13,200 bases of DNA from Candidatus Thalassarchaeaceae archaeon (GCA_030747675.1 JASLKH010000052.1:1-13200), one strand, 5' to 3'; positions 1-8,677 are shown, counted from the stretch's first letter. Notes: generated from the sequence alone by a model not told the origin. Made by a program: numbers and translations.

Positions 1-1
1 C

Positions 2-2038
2 TTGGTCTGGAACACAGAACCTTGGTGGACTTGGACAAGCTCAGATATCGACCGCAATGGTATTCATGACAGCCTTCAATCAGAAATGGAATCTGTTTGG
101 ATAGGGTTGTCATATAATCAAACTCCTACTCGTGAAGATGAATTCCGACTTGAAAGTTTAGGTTTTGATGTAAAATTGATTCTTCCATCGGTTGATGCAA
201 TATTGATTGGAGAGGTAAATGCTAGTGATATTTGGCAACTCGCTGAAATTGAAAATGTCGTGATGGTTGAAAGGTACGGTTTATTGGAGTTTTATGGAGA
301 TGTCCAAACACTTGCAGTCAAGGCCCGAAATTCAACTGAGTATCCAGAGAGTGCTTGGCAATTAGGAGTATCAGGACAAGGTGTCAATATTGCTTTGACA
401 GACACTGGCGTGGACAGTGAACATCCTGGTTTAGAAGGTAAGCATGTTGCTGGTTATGATGCAGTTTGTTTCTTGCATACGGACTTACATTCGTGTGTTT
501 TGGCTGGAGGTCGACAAAGTGACGGTTCATTTGATCCAGATGATGGTAACCAACATGGTACTGCCTGTATGGGAATGGCATCCGCAACAGGTGTTGAAGC
601 AGATGGAAGCCAATCTGAATATTATGGAAGTGCTCCCAATGCATCACTTGTCGATGTGAGAATTGGGACGGATGTCGGTGCAGGTCCGTTTGAAAATTAT
701 TTACTCGAGCAAGAATTCTATGAGTCTGCGATGAATGGTCTGCAATGGATTATTGACAACAAGGATACTGCGTGGGCAGGTACTGACGAGTCCCTTTATG
801 GAATTGATATTATTTCTCTTTCTTGGGGAATTACTAGCCATGAGGATGGTGGTTCAGATGGCACAGATATGCATAGCCGAATTTTGGATGAAGCAACAGA
901 GGCTGGAGTGACAGTATCGAATGCTGCGGGTAATGACGGAGAAAATAACGATGGCCTTTCAGGAATGAGTGCCTCATCACTTTCTATCACCGTTGGCGCA
1001 ACTGACGACAAGAATTCCGTTGACAGAGGAGACGATACTGTTGCAGGTTATTCCTCACGTGGTCCACGTCGTGATAATGGAGACGGCAATCCAGTCAACG
1101 AATTGATACCGGAGATTTCGGCACCAGGGACCAATATTATTCAGGCAGAAGGTTGTGTGACTAGTGGTGGATGCAACAACAATATCCCTGGTCAAGATGC
1201 AAGTGACAATACCTACACCGGGCGCGGATCGGGTACATCATATGCCACCCCTTCAGTTTCTGGAGTTATCGCACTAGTTATCGAAGCAAACCCTGATTTG
1301 AATCCAATGCAGATCAAAGAAGTTCTCAAGCAAACTGCAGAACGTCGGGGACCTGCATCGGCCCCGACAATCGACCCCTATTGGAATCGAGATTTTGGAT
1401 ATGGAATGGTCGATGCTAGGGCAGCTGTTGAATTGGCATTGCATCTAAAAGAGACCAATCAGAGTACGTCAATTGATTGGACAATCCAAAATCATATTCT
1501 TAATGTCTCAAATGAAGGGAAAAATGTCATCATCAAGGGACATGCATGGACACAATCAGATGTCATAGAGAGGGTGGAATTCAGGGTAGGGAATGGTGCT
1601 TGGTCAGAGTCGACTTATGAAATGGCAATTGGTGAACTTGGACCATTGACACCTTTCAACTGGACTATTGCTCTTGATACTTCAAAACTGGATGTGGGAA
1701 TCCAAACCATCGAAGTTAGGGCATCTAGGGGCGCCGTTCATTCAGTCCCAACAACTGTCACAGTAGAAGGTACAGGTAGCGCACAATCGTCATCAATGGG
1801 TTGGGTTGTTATAGGGGGCGGAAGTCTATTTGTTATTGCTTTGATTTCAATTATGATGGTTCTTGTGATGAAGCGAACTTCTGAGTCAATGACCGATCCT
1901 GAAATCTATGAGGCTGAAATTCTGGATGATGACTCCTACGACGAAATGACAGTTAAACAACTGAAGGACGAATTATCGTCAAAAGGTCTTTCTGTTTCGG
2001 GTAAAAAGTCTGATTTAATCTCTAGACTTCGTTCTTAA
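2..2038 (+). CDS. S8 (subtilisin-family) serine peptidase, 5'-partial, with Ig-like domain, C-terminal transmembrane helix and terminal SAP domain
   Basis: Catalytic triad in subtilase order: TDTGVD (Asp 401-403), NQHGTAC (His 554-556), GSGTSYATP (Ser 1238-1240). Oxyanion motif AAGNDG, plus SSRGP and PEISAPG. Hydrophobic helix at 1796-1870 and SAP-like YDEMTVKQLKDELSSKGLSVSGKKSDLISRL from 1937. The frame is open at the window edge, so the true start and signal peptide lie upstream. Confidence 0.95.
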   Translation: MVWNTEPWWTWTSSDIDRNGIHDSLQSEMESVWIGLSYNQTPTREDEFRLESLGFDVKLILPSVDAILIGEVNASDIWQLAEIENVVMVERYGLLEFYGDVQTLAVKARNSTEYPESAWQLGVSGQGVNIALTDTGVDSEHPGLEGKHVAGYDAVCFLHTDLHSCVLAGGRQSDGSFDPDDGNQHGTACMGMASATGVEADGSQSEYYGSAPNASLVDVRIGTDVGAGPFENYLLEQEFYESAMNGLQWIIDNKDTAWAGTDESLYGIDIISLSWGITSHEDGGSDGTDMHSRILDEATEAGVTVSNAAGNDGENNDGLSGMSASSLSITVGATDDKNSVDRGDDTVAGYSSRGPRRDNGDGNPVNELIPEISAPGTNIIQAEGCVTSGGCNNNIPGQDASDNTYTGRGSGTSYATPSVSGVIALVIEANPDLNPMQIKEVLKQTAERRGPASAPTIDPYWNRDFGYGMVDARAAVELALHLKETNQSTSIDWTIQNHILNVSNEGKNVIIKGHAWTQSDVIERVEFRVGNGAWSESTYEMAIGELGPLTPFNWTIALDTSKLDVGIQTIEVRASRGAVHSVPTTVTVEGTGSAQSSSMGWVVIGGGSLFVIALISIMMVLVMKRTSESMTDPEIYEAEILDDDSYDEMTVKQLKDELSSKGLSVSGKKSDLISRLRS

Positions 2039-2061
2039 TCCGTTTTCTAGGCACGCAACGG

Positions 2062-2071
2062 CTTAAGTCCG
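2062..2071 (+). promoter_or_regulatory. Putative archaeal TATA-like promoter element (CTTAAGTCCG)
   Basis: TTAAG lies at -29 to -25 from the ATG at 2092, and no SD precedes that ATG, consistent with a leaderless transcript. A 9/10 identical copy is at 5086-5095. Confidence 0.45.
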
Positions 2072-2091
2072 TAAGCGGGTTCCGGCCGCAC

Positions 2092-3243
2092 ATGGCCGAG
2101 TTTAGTGAGCGCGCGTTGGGGATACAACCGACCGGCGTTCGCAAGATGTTTGATATGGCAGGAGACGATGTCATATCCTTTGGATTGGGTGAGCCTGACT
2201 TTCAACCTCCACAGGTTGCTATTGATGCAATGACAAAGGCTATGCAAGAAGGTCACAACAAGTATACGACAACAGCAGGTCTCCCAATACTTCGTAGAAA
2301 AATTGCAGAATCTTGGAATAGTTATGAATCGGATATGGATGAATCTAATGTTTGCATGACTATGAGCGGCACCAATGCTCTACTCGCATGTACAATGGCA
2401 GTCTTAAATCCAGGAGACAATATTCTATTGCCCGAGCCTTATTTCCCATTGTATGCGCCGGACGCAGTTCTTTGCAGTGCTGAATCAAAATTCTATCCTT
2501 GTTTGTTCGAAAATGAGTTTATCCCTCAAATAGATGATTTAGAATCTCTTGTAGATGAAAATACCAAAGCAATTCTATACAATTTTCCAAGTAATCCTAC
2601 TGGAGCAACTTTGAACATTGAACAAAGAGACATGCTATTGGAATTTGCCAAAAGGCATGATCTTTGGATTATTACTGACGAGGTTTATGACCGTATCATC
2701 TATGTTGATGAACACGTATCATTTCTTGGAACGGGTTACGAAAATCTACTCCTTGTGAATTCATTTTCCAAAACATTCGCGATGACAGGATGGCGTATAG
2801 GATATGTTCTTTCTCCAAATCTCGAAGCGATTGGTCAAATTACAAAATTACAGTATTACATAGCTGCATGTAGTAATGACGCTATGCAATATGCTGTTCT
2901 AGAAGCATTTCAGTCAGCTGCTGATTATCCAGCTCAGATGGCAATCGAATTCCAGGCACGACGCGATTTAATTTGCGAGCGACTGAATGCAATGTCGGGA
3001 GTTTCGTGTCATGTACCGGAGGGGGCATTCTACGTGTTCCCCAAAGTCGAAGTTGAAGGTATGAATTCTGAAGAAGTAGCCATTGAACTTCTCAAAGGAG
3101 GAGTGTTGTGCTCTCCCGGTTCTGCATTCGGCGATTCAGGCGAGGGCCATCTACGATTTGCGTATACTGTGGGTCGTGAGGACATTAGTAGGGGTATGGA
3201 CAAGGTCGCTTCAGTCCTCTCAAGGCTTCGTGGTGAATCTTGA
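2092..3243 (+). CDS. PLP-dependent aminotransferase, class I/II (aspartate/aromatic aminotransferase-like)
   Basis: Family motifs GEPDF, YTTTAG, NFPSNPTG, DEVY, SFSKTFAMTGWRIG (PLP Lys 2770-2772), GAFYVF, PGSAFG and LRFAY. At 383 aa it is full length. Substrate cannot be assigned from motifs. Confidence 0.95.
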   Translation: MAEFSERALGIQPTGVRKMFDMAGDDVISFGLGEPDFQPPQVAIDAMTKAMQEGHNKYTTTAGLPILRRKIAESWNSYESDMDESNVCMTMSGTNALLACTMAVLNPGDNILLPEPYFPLYAPDAVLCSAESKFYPCLFENEFIPQIDDLESLVDENTKAILYNFPSNPTGATLNIEQRDMLLEFAKRHDLWIITDEVYDRIIYVDEHVSFLGTGYENLLLVNSFSKTFAMTGWRIGYVLSPNLEAIGQITKLQYYIAACSNDAMQYAVLEAFQSAADYPAQMAIEFQARRDLICERLNAMSGVSCHVPEGAFYVFPKVEVEGMNSEEVAIELLKGGVLCSPGSAFGDSGEGHLRFAYTVGREDISRGMDKVASVLSRLRGES

Positions 3244-3248
3244 GGTGG
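3243..3248 (+). promoter_or_regulatory. Shine-Dalgarno site (GAGGTG overlapping the aminotransferase stop) for the CDS at 3253
   Basis: The sequence reads TGAGGTGGAATCATG. The 9-nt gap between genes implies co-transcription. Confidence 0.6.
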
Positions 3249-3252
3249 AATC

Positions 3253-3834
3253 ATGTCCATTGAAGGCCAAATTGCAGGAATTGTGTTTGGTTTAATTTTT
3301 GGAATGATAATTCCTCGATTACCATTGCTCTTTTTCACTCGTTTTCTAAATCTTGAACGTGGATTAAGCCCTCATCCTGATCCCATCCCAGTCGATGTTC
3401 CACTTGTTCAAAGAATGCTGTTAATACGACGTATTCACATGATGGGTTGGGTTCTCGCCGCATTCCCATTACTTCTTTCAATTGCCATAATGCGAACATC
3501 ACCTGAACCATTTGCACTTGGGATGTTTGCGGGAGTTATTTGGTTCATTTTGTCAAGATTAATCCCAGTTAATATCCAATCTGGAGTTGGCATCATGCCG
3601 ATGAAATTAGTACGCCAAGTGAATAACTTGAGGCAACCAGACCCTCCTTGTTGCAATAGGCCCAGGCCTCAATGGGAAGTTCGTAAGGTTCGGTGCCGAT
3701 ATTGTAGAACGGTTATTTTGAACAAACCTCGCCCAGATATGGGGCGAATACGATCTGATGGGCGCTTACTTGGCTTATTTCGAATTTTGTTAATGGATGG
3801 CCGCTCTCTTTACAGGTCCGAAGAAGAGGAATGA
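3253..3834 (+). CDS. Hypothetical membrane protein, about 3 TM helices, with Arg-rich C-terminal region carrying CC...CxxC
   Basis: Good SD. Hydrophobic segments IAGIVFGLIFGMII, MMGWVLAAFPLLLSIAIM and FALGMFAGVIWFILS. Cys at 3649-3654 (CC) and 3694-3705 (CRYC). No family recognised. Confidence 0.8.
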   Translation: MSIEGQIAGIVFGLIFGMIIPRLPLLFFTRFLNLERGLSPHPDPIPVDVPLVQRMLLIRRIHMMGWVLAAFPLLLSIAIMRTSPEPFALGMFAGVIWFILSRLIPVNIQSGVGIMPMKLVRQVNNLRQPDPPCCNRPRPQWEVRKVRCRYCRTVILNKPRPDMGRIRSDGRLLGLFRILLMDGRSLYRSEEEE

Positions 3835-4937
3835 TTATCATTATCTAGAGAATCTAGTTGTTGTGCCAATTGTACAATTTTTTCTTCAAATGGTGTAGGT
3901 TCTTCTTTGGTATTTTCTTCTAATCCAATTTCATCCTCAGTGAGGTGAGCATCACTTCCTTTTGCCTCACCAACACCTTCTCCAGGTGCAGGTAACGCGC
4001 CTACACTTTCTTCTTCATCTTCCCCCCCTGTCCAATTGGCATTTGTTCCAATCATCCATCGGGGTATATCTTGTTCCCCTCCTCCCAAAACTGCCATTGT
4101 TGTAAAAATGGCCATTGGCAATAGAGAAAGAGCAACTAACAAGTCGAGGAATGAAGACTCAGGAATTTCAATCGACACAGGTATGATTGCTTCCAGTATT
4201 CTTTGTTCATCATACACTTGTTGCCACCGACCCACATCAAGGTCCAGTGCATCAAATGCAACCATCACTATGAATCGTTCAACCATCCATAGGAGTAGTA
4301 CGGGGAACAACCAGCCCAATTTTGTTCGATCAACTAATATCCGTCTTGCCACTGCAGCCGCGCCTACACTTTTTTCTGCAATTTTTGGGAAAAATCGTAA
4401 TCCAATTACTAAACCTGCAAGATATACTAGCAATGATAATTCTAATAATCGATTATCTTGCAACCAATGAGATGGAACAAAGCGAAGCACAAGCAGTGGT
4501 AACATGATTAGAACTAGTTGAACGGGGGCTGCTAATAGTTGCAAACCACCGTGAACTTCTAGTAATGGCCGCCCTCGATCCTTGACTTCACGATGTACAA
4601 TTCTAGTGACTTTTCCGTAGGGTGAAGATATCAATTGCAAACGAGCTCGATCGACCATGTCTGCATCTCGAAGACGTCGGCTAAATCCTAGTACTGGCAT
4701 CCATCCTCCAGCATCAGCAACTCTAGTTGGCATATAACCGCCAACAACCAGTGCAAGAGTTAATGATACCATGCCATAGAAAATTGCAGCACTGATAATC
4801 CATGGGAATAATTCAACGCGAAGTTGAATTGTATAGGTGCTCCAATCCACATCAACAATGTATGTCAATGTAAATGCTATAACCGGGGCAATGAAGACTT
4901 GTGTGGCAATAATTAGCGTCAGCCAAATTCTGGCCAT
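3810..4937 (-). CDS. Hypothetical polytopic membrane protein with acidic C-terminal tail
   Basis: Long ORF with about 6 hydrophobic segments and an E/D-rich tail. ATG 4937 is preferred over TTG 4961 because AGAGGT lies just upstream of it. The 3' end overlaps the convergent CDS by 25 nt. No family recognised. Confidence 0.8.
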   Translation of the reverse strand: MARIWLTLIIATQVFIAPVIAFTLTYIVDVDWSTYTIQLRVELFPWIISAAIFYGMVSLTLALVVGGYMPTRVADAGGWMPVLGFSRRLRDADMVDRARLQLISSPYGKVTRIVHREVKDRGRPLLEVHGGLQLLAAPVQLVLIMLPLLVLRFVPSHWLQDNRLLELSLLVYLAGLVIGLRFFPKIAEKSVGAAAVARRILVDRTKLGWLFPVLLLWMVERFIVMVAFDALDLDVGRWQQVYDEQRILEAIIPVSIEIPESSFLDLLVALSLLPMAIFTTMAVLGGGEQDIPRWMIGTNANWTGGEDEEESVGALPAPGEGVGEAKGSDAHLTEDEIGLEENTKEEPTPFEEKIVQLAQQLDSLDNDNHSSSSDL

Positions 4938-5057
4938 CAATGTACCTCTGATGGTGGACAACGAAACCTCTGGCGTCAGTTCTGACCTATAGCCTGTCGG
5001 CCGGATTATGATTGTTTGAGTCTATTTCTAGATTGAAATTTCAAGGCCGAAGTGATT

Positions 5058-5076
5058 ACCCTGTCGTAGACAGGGT
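5058..5076. repeat. Perfect hairpin, 8-bp stem with GTA loop (ACCCTGTC-GTA-GACAGGGT)
   Basis: Read directly from the sequence; lies in the divergent intergenic region. Confidence 0.85.
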
Positions 5077-5085
5077 TCAACCAAC

Positions 5086-5095
5086 CTTAAGACCG
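5086..5095 (+). promoter_or_regulatory. Putative TATA-like promoter element (CTTAAGACCG)
   Basis: 9/10 match to 2062-2071; TTAAG begins 38 nt upstream of ATG 5125. Confidence 0.4.
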
Positions 5096-5124
5096 GCTTG
5101 ATACTGGACAGGTTGTTGATTGTC

Positions 5125-8100
5125 ATGAAAGATGCTCGAATGCTCTTCGTACTTGGAATTCTAATTGCTGCTACTTTGACACCATTTGTTGCAAATGATG
5201 ATTCTCTAGATCCTAGTTCGAACTCAGAATATACTGAAGGCCGCGCTCAAGTTGACATGACAATTTTGGATATTACTGCAGGCAATGTATCAACGCCAGC
5301 CGAGGTGTGGACACAATCGTCAGGAACAACTCAAGATTATCTGATTCGAAACACTCTCTATGAAGTCACAATCACTTTCAAGAATGCTGGAACTGGATTT
5401 TCTTCGGTCGATTCTACTGGAACGTTGGAAATTATTCACCCAATTGGATTTGTAATGCAGATGTGGGAATTCAACATGTCCGGGCAATATGCAATGGCTG
5501 GTGGTCAGACAAGAACAGAGGTTGTTGAATGGACTCCTACTGCTTCCCACAGTTACGTTGACGAAATTGGAGATTTGGCAGGAGGCTTAATATTCCGTGG
5601 AAGCATTGAAACTGGGGCACTTGAATTGCAACCACAACGAGGAAATAACGAGTATCAAGAATCCTTCCCCGTTGCAGTTTGGCATGACAATTTGGAACCC
5701 ACACAACCCCTTTCATTCCCTGGTTACGGCAATCCACTTTTCGTGCCTGTTGCTTACGAAACTCGTTATCCAACCCCTACTCTATATCCTGGTGGTACTG
5801 ATTGGCAACCAGATAATTCTAGTGCAGCTGCAGGAAATCGGCATTGGAGAATGTCAAACTCTGGTGGTGATTACCCCTCTAACAACGTTGAGATGCTACG
5901 ATGGGGCTGGTTTACTAATTCGCAAGGTGACTGTGCTGACTCAGGTCACGGTTTAGGGTATGGTCAGTATGACTCTGATATCACTGCTTATTATTCTCAG
6001 CATTTCTGCACCGCCAACATTGGAGAGTATGATTACAAATCTCTTCATTGGGTGACAAATGCATATGGTTCAATGGCTCAAGGCGACGAGTTGGCTATGG
6101 AAGCTTTGCGTAGTTTCTTTCCAAGCGATATCCAACAACTCAATTTAACAGAACAATCACTTTCAACCACTGCAGGAGATTGGACTCAAGTTGTTTGGAA
6201 TATGACTGATGTCCACGATGAGCAAGCATTCATGATATCTTATTCGAAAATTGCAGATGAACAATTTGCCAATGAAGGAATCCACATAGATGATTTTGTA
6301 TTATTGGGTATCGATCGAGTCGAAGAATTCACAGTTACTCTTGAGTGTGATGATCCACTTCCTAACGCCTATGTTGTTATCCCAGCGGATCCTAATCCTC
6401 CATCGTTATATTGTGAATTGACGAATAATGGATATCGTGAGAAAACGATGACAATTAATACCGAGGTCAGCAATCAGACTTGGATGGCTAATTATCCACT
6501 TCGTATTGATAGTAACAATGTTGTTGACCATGATAATGTGGTGACTCTCTCACCTCTCGATGGTGAAACTACGACATATTTCTGGATCAATCTTACTATT
6601 CCCGAAGGTGCAAATGTAGAGACTTTGAATTGGACAGTTGAAATTAGTAACAACAATTTCGGGTCCACCGAAGAGAAAGCCTCCATGCTTATCCCAGTCA
6701 GTGTTGATTCGTCTTATTCAGTTAGAATTCAGCAAGTAGAATCAACCGGCCAAAATGTTGCTTTGACTCTTGAACCAGGTCAAACAGGTGACATTGAGAT
6801 GCGTATCAAGAATACAGGGAACAAATATGCAGATTGGAATTTAGGGGCCTACTTTGACAGTACACTGTGGTGTGACAATTGTCCAAATGACAACCTTGCG
6901 TGGTTGGAAGATTGGGATGGAGATGGCAACATGACTGAAATTACACAACTTGGACTATCTAAGAGTGAGGAGCGTTATGTAACAGCCCGATTTACGAGTC
7001 CATTACAAATGCCTCCCGGATTAGTTGAAGTTTCATTACTCGCTAGTGGAGTTCCTCCAGCAAGCGCTCAATCGATTAAGCAAGTAATCATTGAAGTTCC
7101 AGTCATCCAAGATGTCTCTGTAGAAGCTCAGCAGTCTTCATTGATGGCATCTGCTAATGGATTTACTCGGACAATGCCTATTACTATTACAAATAATGGA
7201 AATGCACCTGAATACTTTGATGTGTTAATCAATGCAGACATACGCCTTCAAGCCTACTTGAATACTGAAATTACTGAAGAGATCGACCCCTTTGGCGGTC
7301 AAACAACAGTAATGGTCATCTTGCCAATGAATCCAGGGTTGCCTGACGAAATGTCGCCCTACCAAGTGACAGTAACTGCGCGTTCGAAAACGGATAGTTC
7401 CCACAGTTCATCGGGTTCATTTGACCTCTCTGTTCCAGTAACATATCTCACCGAGGTTCAGGATTATGGCCAATTAACCGAGCAGACTTTCACACCAGGT
7501 GAGAATGCCAAAACATTGAGGTTTGAAATTTTCAACCATGGTAATGATCCCGACGCATTCACAATCGATATGGCACTTGACTCAGGCGTTATAGCGTCAA
7601 TATCGAGTGGAGTTTCAGATGGCCGTACTCCTTACATCGACCCAGGTACATCAACGAATATCACAATTTCTTATTCATTTTCAGATGGTACATCTGGCCT
7701 GCGAACAATGACAATTACATCTACAAGTGTTTCAGCAGCCTCCGCAGGTGAAACCATTACTGCTTCGGGAGAAGCAATCTTTGACGTTGGTGAAAAGGGA
7801 TGGTTATTACTTGAGCCTAGTCAGCCGATTGAAATCGATGAGCCCGGCACATATTCGATGTCTGTTCGCATTTTGAATCGACACCCTGACCGTAATCAAG
7901 AAATTGATCTTCAGGTGATTACAGATGGAACAGAACGTTGGGATTATGTTGACAAAATACGACCGGGTGCACTTGACGTTGCCGGATTCTCACTTGATCC
8001 AGGGGTAGAACGAATCATCACCATTGAAATCCGATTGACGGAAACGAATTTGGAAAACCTACCACAAGATAGCATGGATTACAATTTCACAGTGCGAGTT

Positions 8101-8610
8101 GCAGCAACAGATGACACATCAGATATTGTACTTAGTTTTACAACCAACCAATTTTCAGAATCTTCAAATTCAGATTCAGAGAGCTCAGATGACTTGTTGA
8201 AGAGTATTGCAATTTGGACATTGGGCGGTCTAGTGATTATTGCACTTCTAGCAGTATTGGTCAAAATCATAATTTCCACAGAGCACGAAGATGAGATTTC
8301 GACTTTATCAGGTTATGAATCCAATCTCGAGTTGCCAGATGCTCCCTCATTGCCTGAAGCACCGACTTTACCTAGTGCGGATTTGACTGCTAATTCGATG
8401 TATGGCGGCACTCAGGAATTATTTGAGCAACCAGTGATGACTACACCACCTGCTCCAGAATCAACGGTTGCTTCAGATCCAGCACCAGTTCCAGAACCAG
8501 CACCTGCAGCCGGCCCTCCGTTGCCTGAATCGGGCTTGCCAGAGGGGTGGTCTATGGAGCAATGGACACACTATGGTGAGGAATATTTACGCCGGCAAAA
8601 TGAGTCGTAA
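5125..8610 (+). CDS. Large type I membrane-anchored cell-surface glycoprotein: jelly-roll/MAM-like region plus tandem CARDB/COG1470-like Ig repeats
   Basis: Signal-peptide-like N-terminus MKDARMLFVLGILIAATLTPFVA (ATG 5125 preferred over TTG 5098). Recurring Ig-repeat motif: ITFKNAG, LTNNGY, IKNTGN, ITNNGNAPE, IFNHGNDPD, ILNRHPD. GIHIDDF resembles the GWYIDD strand of MAM/jelly-roll domains. At least 11 N-x-S/T sequons. TM helix about 8203-8274, then a Pro-rich tail. Domain names are recognised by eye only. Confidence 0.85.
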   Translation: MKDARMLFVLGILIAATLTPFVANDDSLDPSSNSEYTEGRAQVDMTILDITAGNVSTPAEVWTQSSGTTQDYLIRNTLYEVTITFKNAGTGFSSVDSTGTLEIIHPIGFVMQMWEFNMSGQYAMAGGQTRTEVVEWTPTASHSYVDEIGDLAGGLIFRGSIETGALELQPQRGNNEYQESFPVAVWHDNLEPTQPLSFPGYGNPLFVPVAYETRYPTPTLYPGGTDWQPDNSSAAAGNRHWRMSNSGGDYPSNNVEMLRWGWFTNSQGDCADSGHGLGYGQYDSDITAYYSQHFCTANIGEYDYKSLHWVTNAYGSMAQGDELAMEALRSFFPSDIQQLNLTEQSLSTTAGDWTQVVWNMTDVHDEQAFMISYSKIADEQFANEGIHIDDFVLLGIDRVEEFTVTLECDDPLPNAYVVIPADPNPPSLYCELTNNGYREKTMTINTEVSNQTWMANYPLRIDSNNVVDHDNVVTLSPLDGETTTYFWINLTIPEGANVETLNWTVEISNNNFGSTEEKASMLIPVSVDSSYSVRIQQVESTGQNVALTLEPGQTGDIEMRIKNTGNKYADWNLGAYFDSTLWCDNCPNDNLAWLEDWDGDGNMTEITQLGLSKSEERYVTARFTSPLQMPPGLVEVSLLASGVPPASAQSIKQVIIEVPVIQDVSVEAQQSSLMASANGFTRTMPITITNNGNAPEYFDVLINADIRLQAYLNTEITEEIDPFGGQTTVMVILPMNPGLPDEMSPYQVTVTARSKTDSSHSSSGSFDLSVPVTYLTEVQDYGQLTEQTFTPGENAKTLRFEIFNHGNDPDAFTIDMALDSGVIASISSGVSDGRTPYIDPGTSTNITISYSFSDGTSGLRTMTITSTSVSAASAGETITASGEAIFDVGEKGWLLLEPSQPIEIDEPGTYSMSVRILNRHPDRNQEIDLQVITDGTERWDYVDKIRPGALDVAGFSLDPGVERIITIEIRLTETNLENLPQDSMDYNFTVRVAATDDTSDIVLSFTTNQFSESSNSDSESSDDLLKSIAIWTLGGLVIIALLAVLVKIIISTEHEDEISTLSGYESNLELPDAPSLPEAPTLPSADLTANSMYGGTQELFEQPVMTTPPAPESTVASDPAPVPEPAPAAGPPLPESGLPEGWSMEQWTHYGEEYLRRQNES

Positions 8611-8662
8611 GTCCATCACCTACGAAGCGGTCGACTTATGAAGGCCCCCTCGGTGGGCTGCT

Positions 8663-8677
8663 CGCTCCGTAGGAGCG
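8663..8677. repeat. Perfect hairpin, 6-bp stem with GTA loop (CGCTCC-GTA-GGAGCG)
   Basis: Read directly; ends 8 nt before the GGTGGG SD of the thermosome gene. Confidence 0.8.

Noticed and set aside
384-1011. Short alternative-frame and antisense ORFs within the protease gene
   Set aside because: Fully nested in a well-supported CDS with no independent evidence. The same applies to 3030-3338, 4036-4470, 5597-5956, 10395-10760 and 12368-12634.
2061-2080. Fourth GTA-type hairpin (GCTTA...TAAGC or GTCCG-TAAG-CGGGT)
   Set aside because: Only short or wobble-dependent stems and a different loop; not counted in the family.
5058-5076. REP/BIME or IS200-IS605 end (GTAG motif)
   Set aside because: In REPs GTAG sits at the foot of the stem and the stem sequence is conserved. 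Here GTAG spans the loop, the stems differ, and no transposase is in the window.
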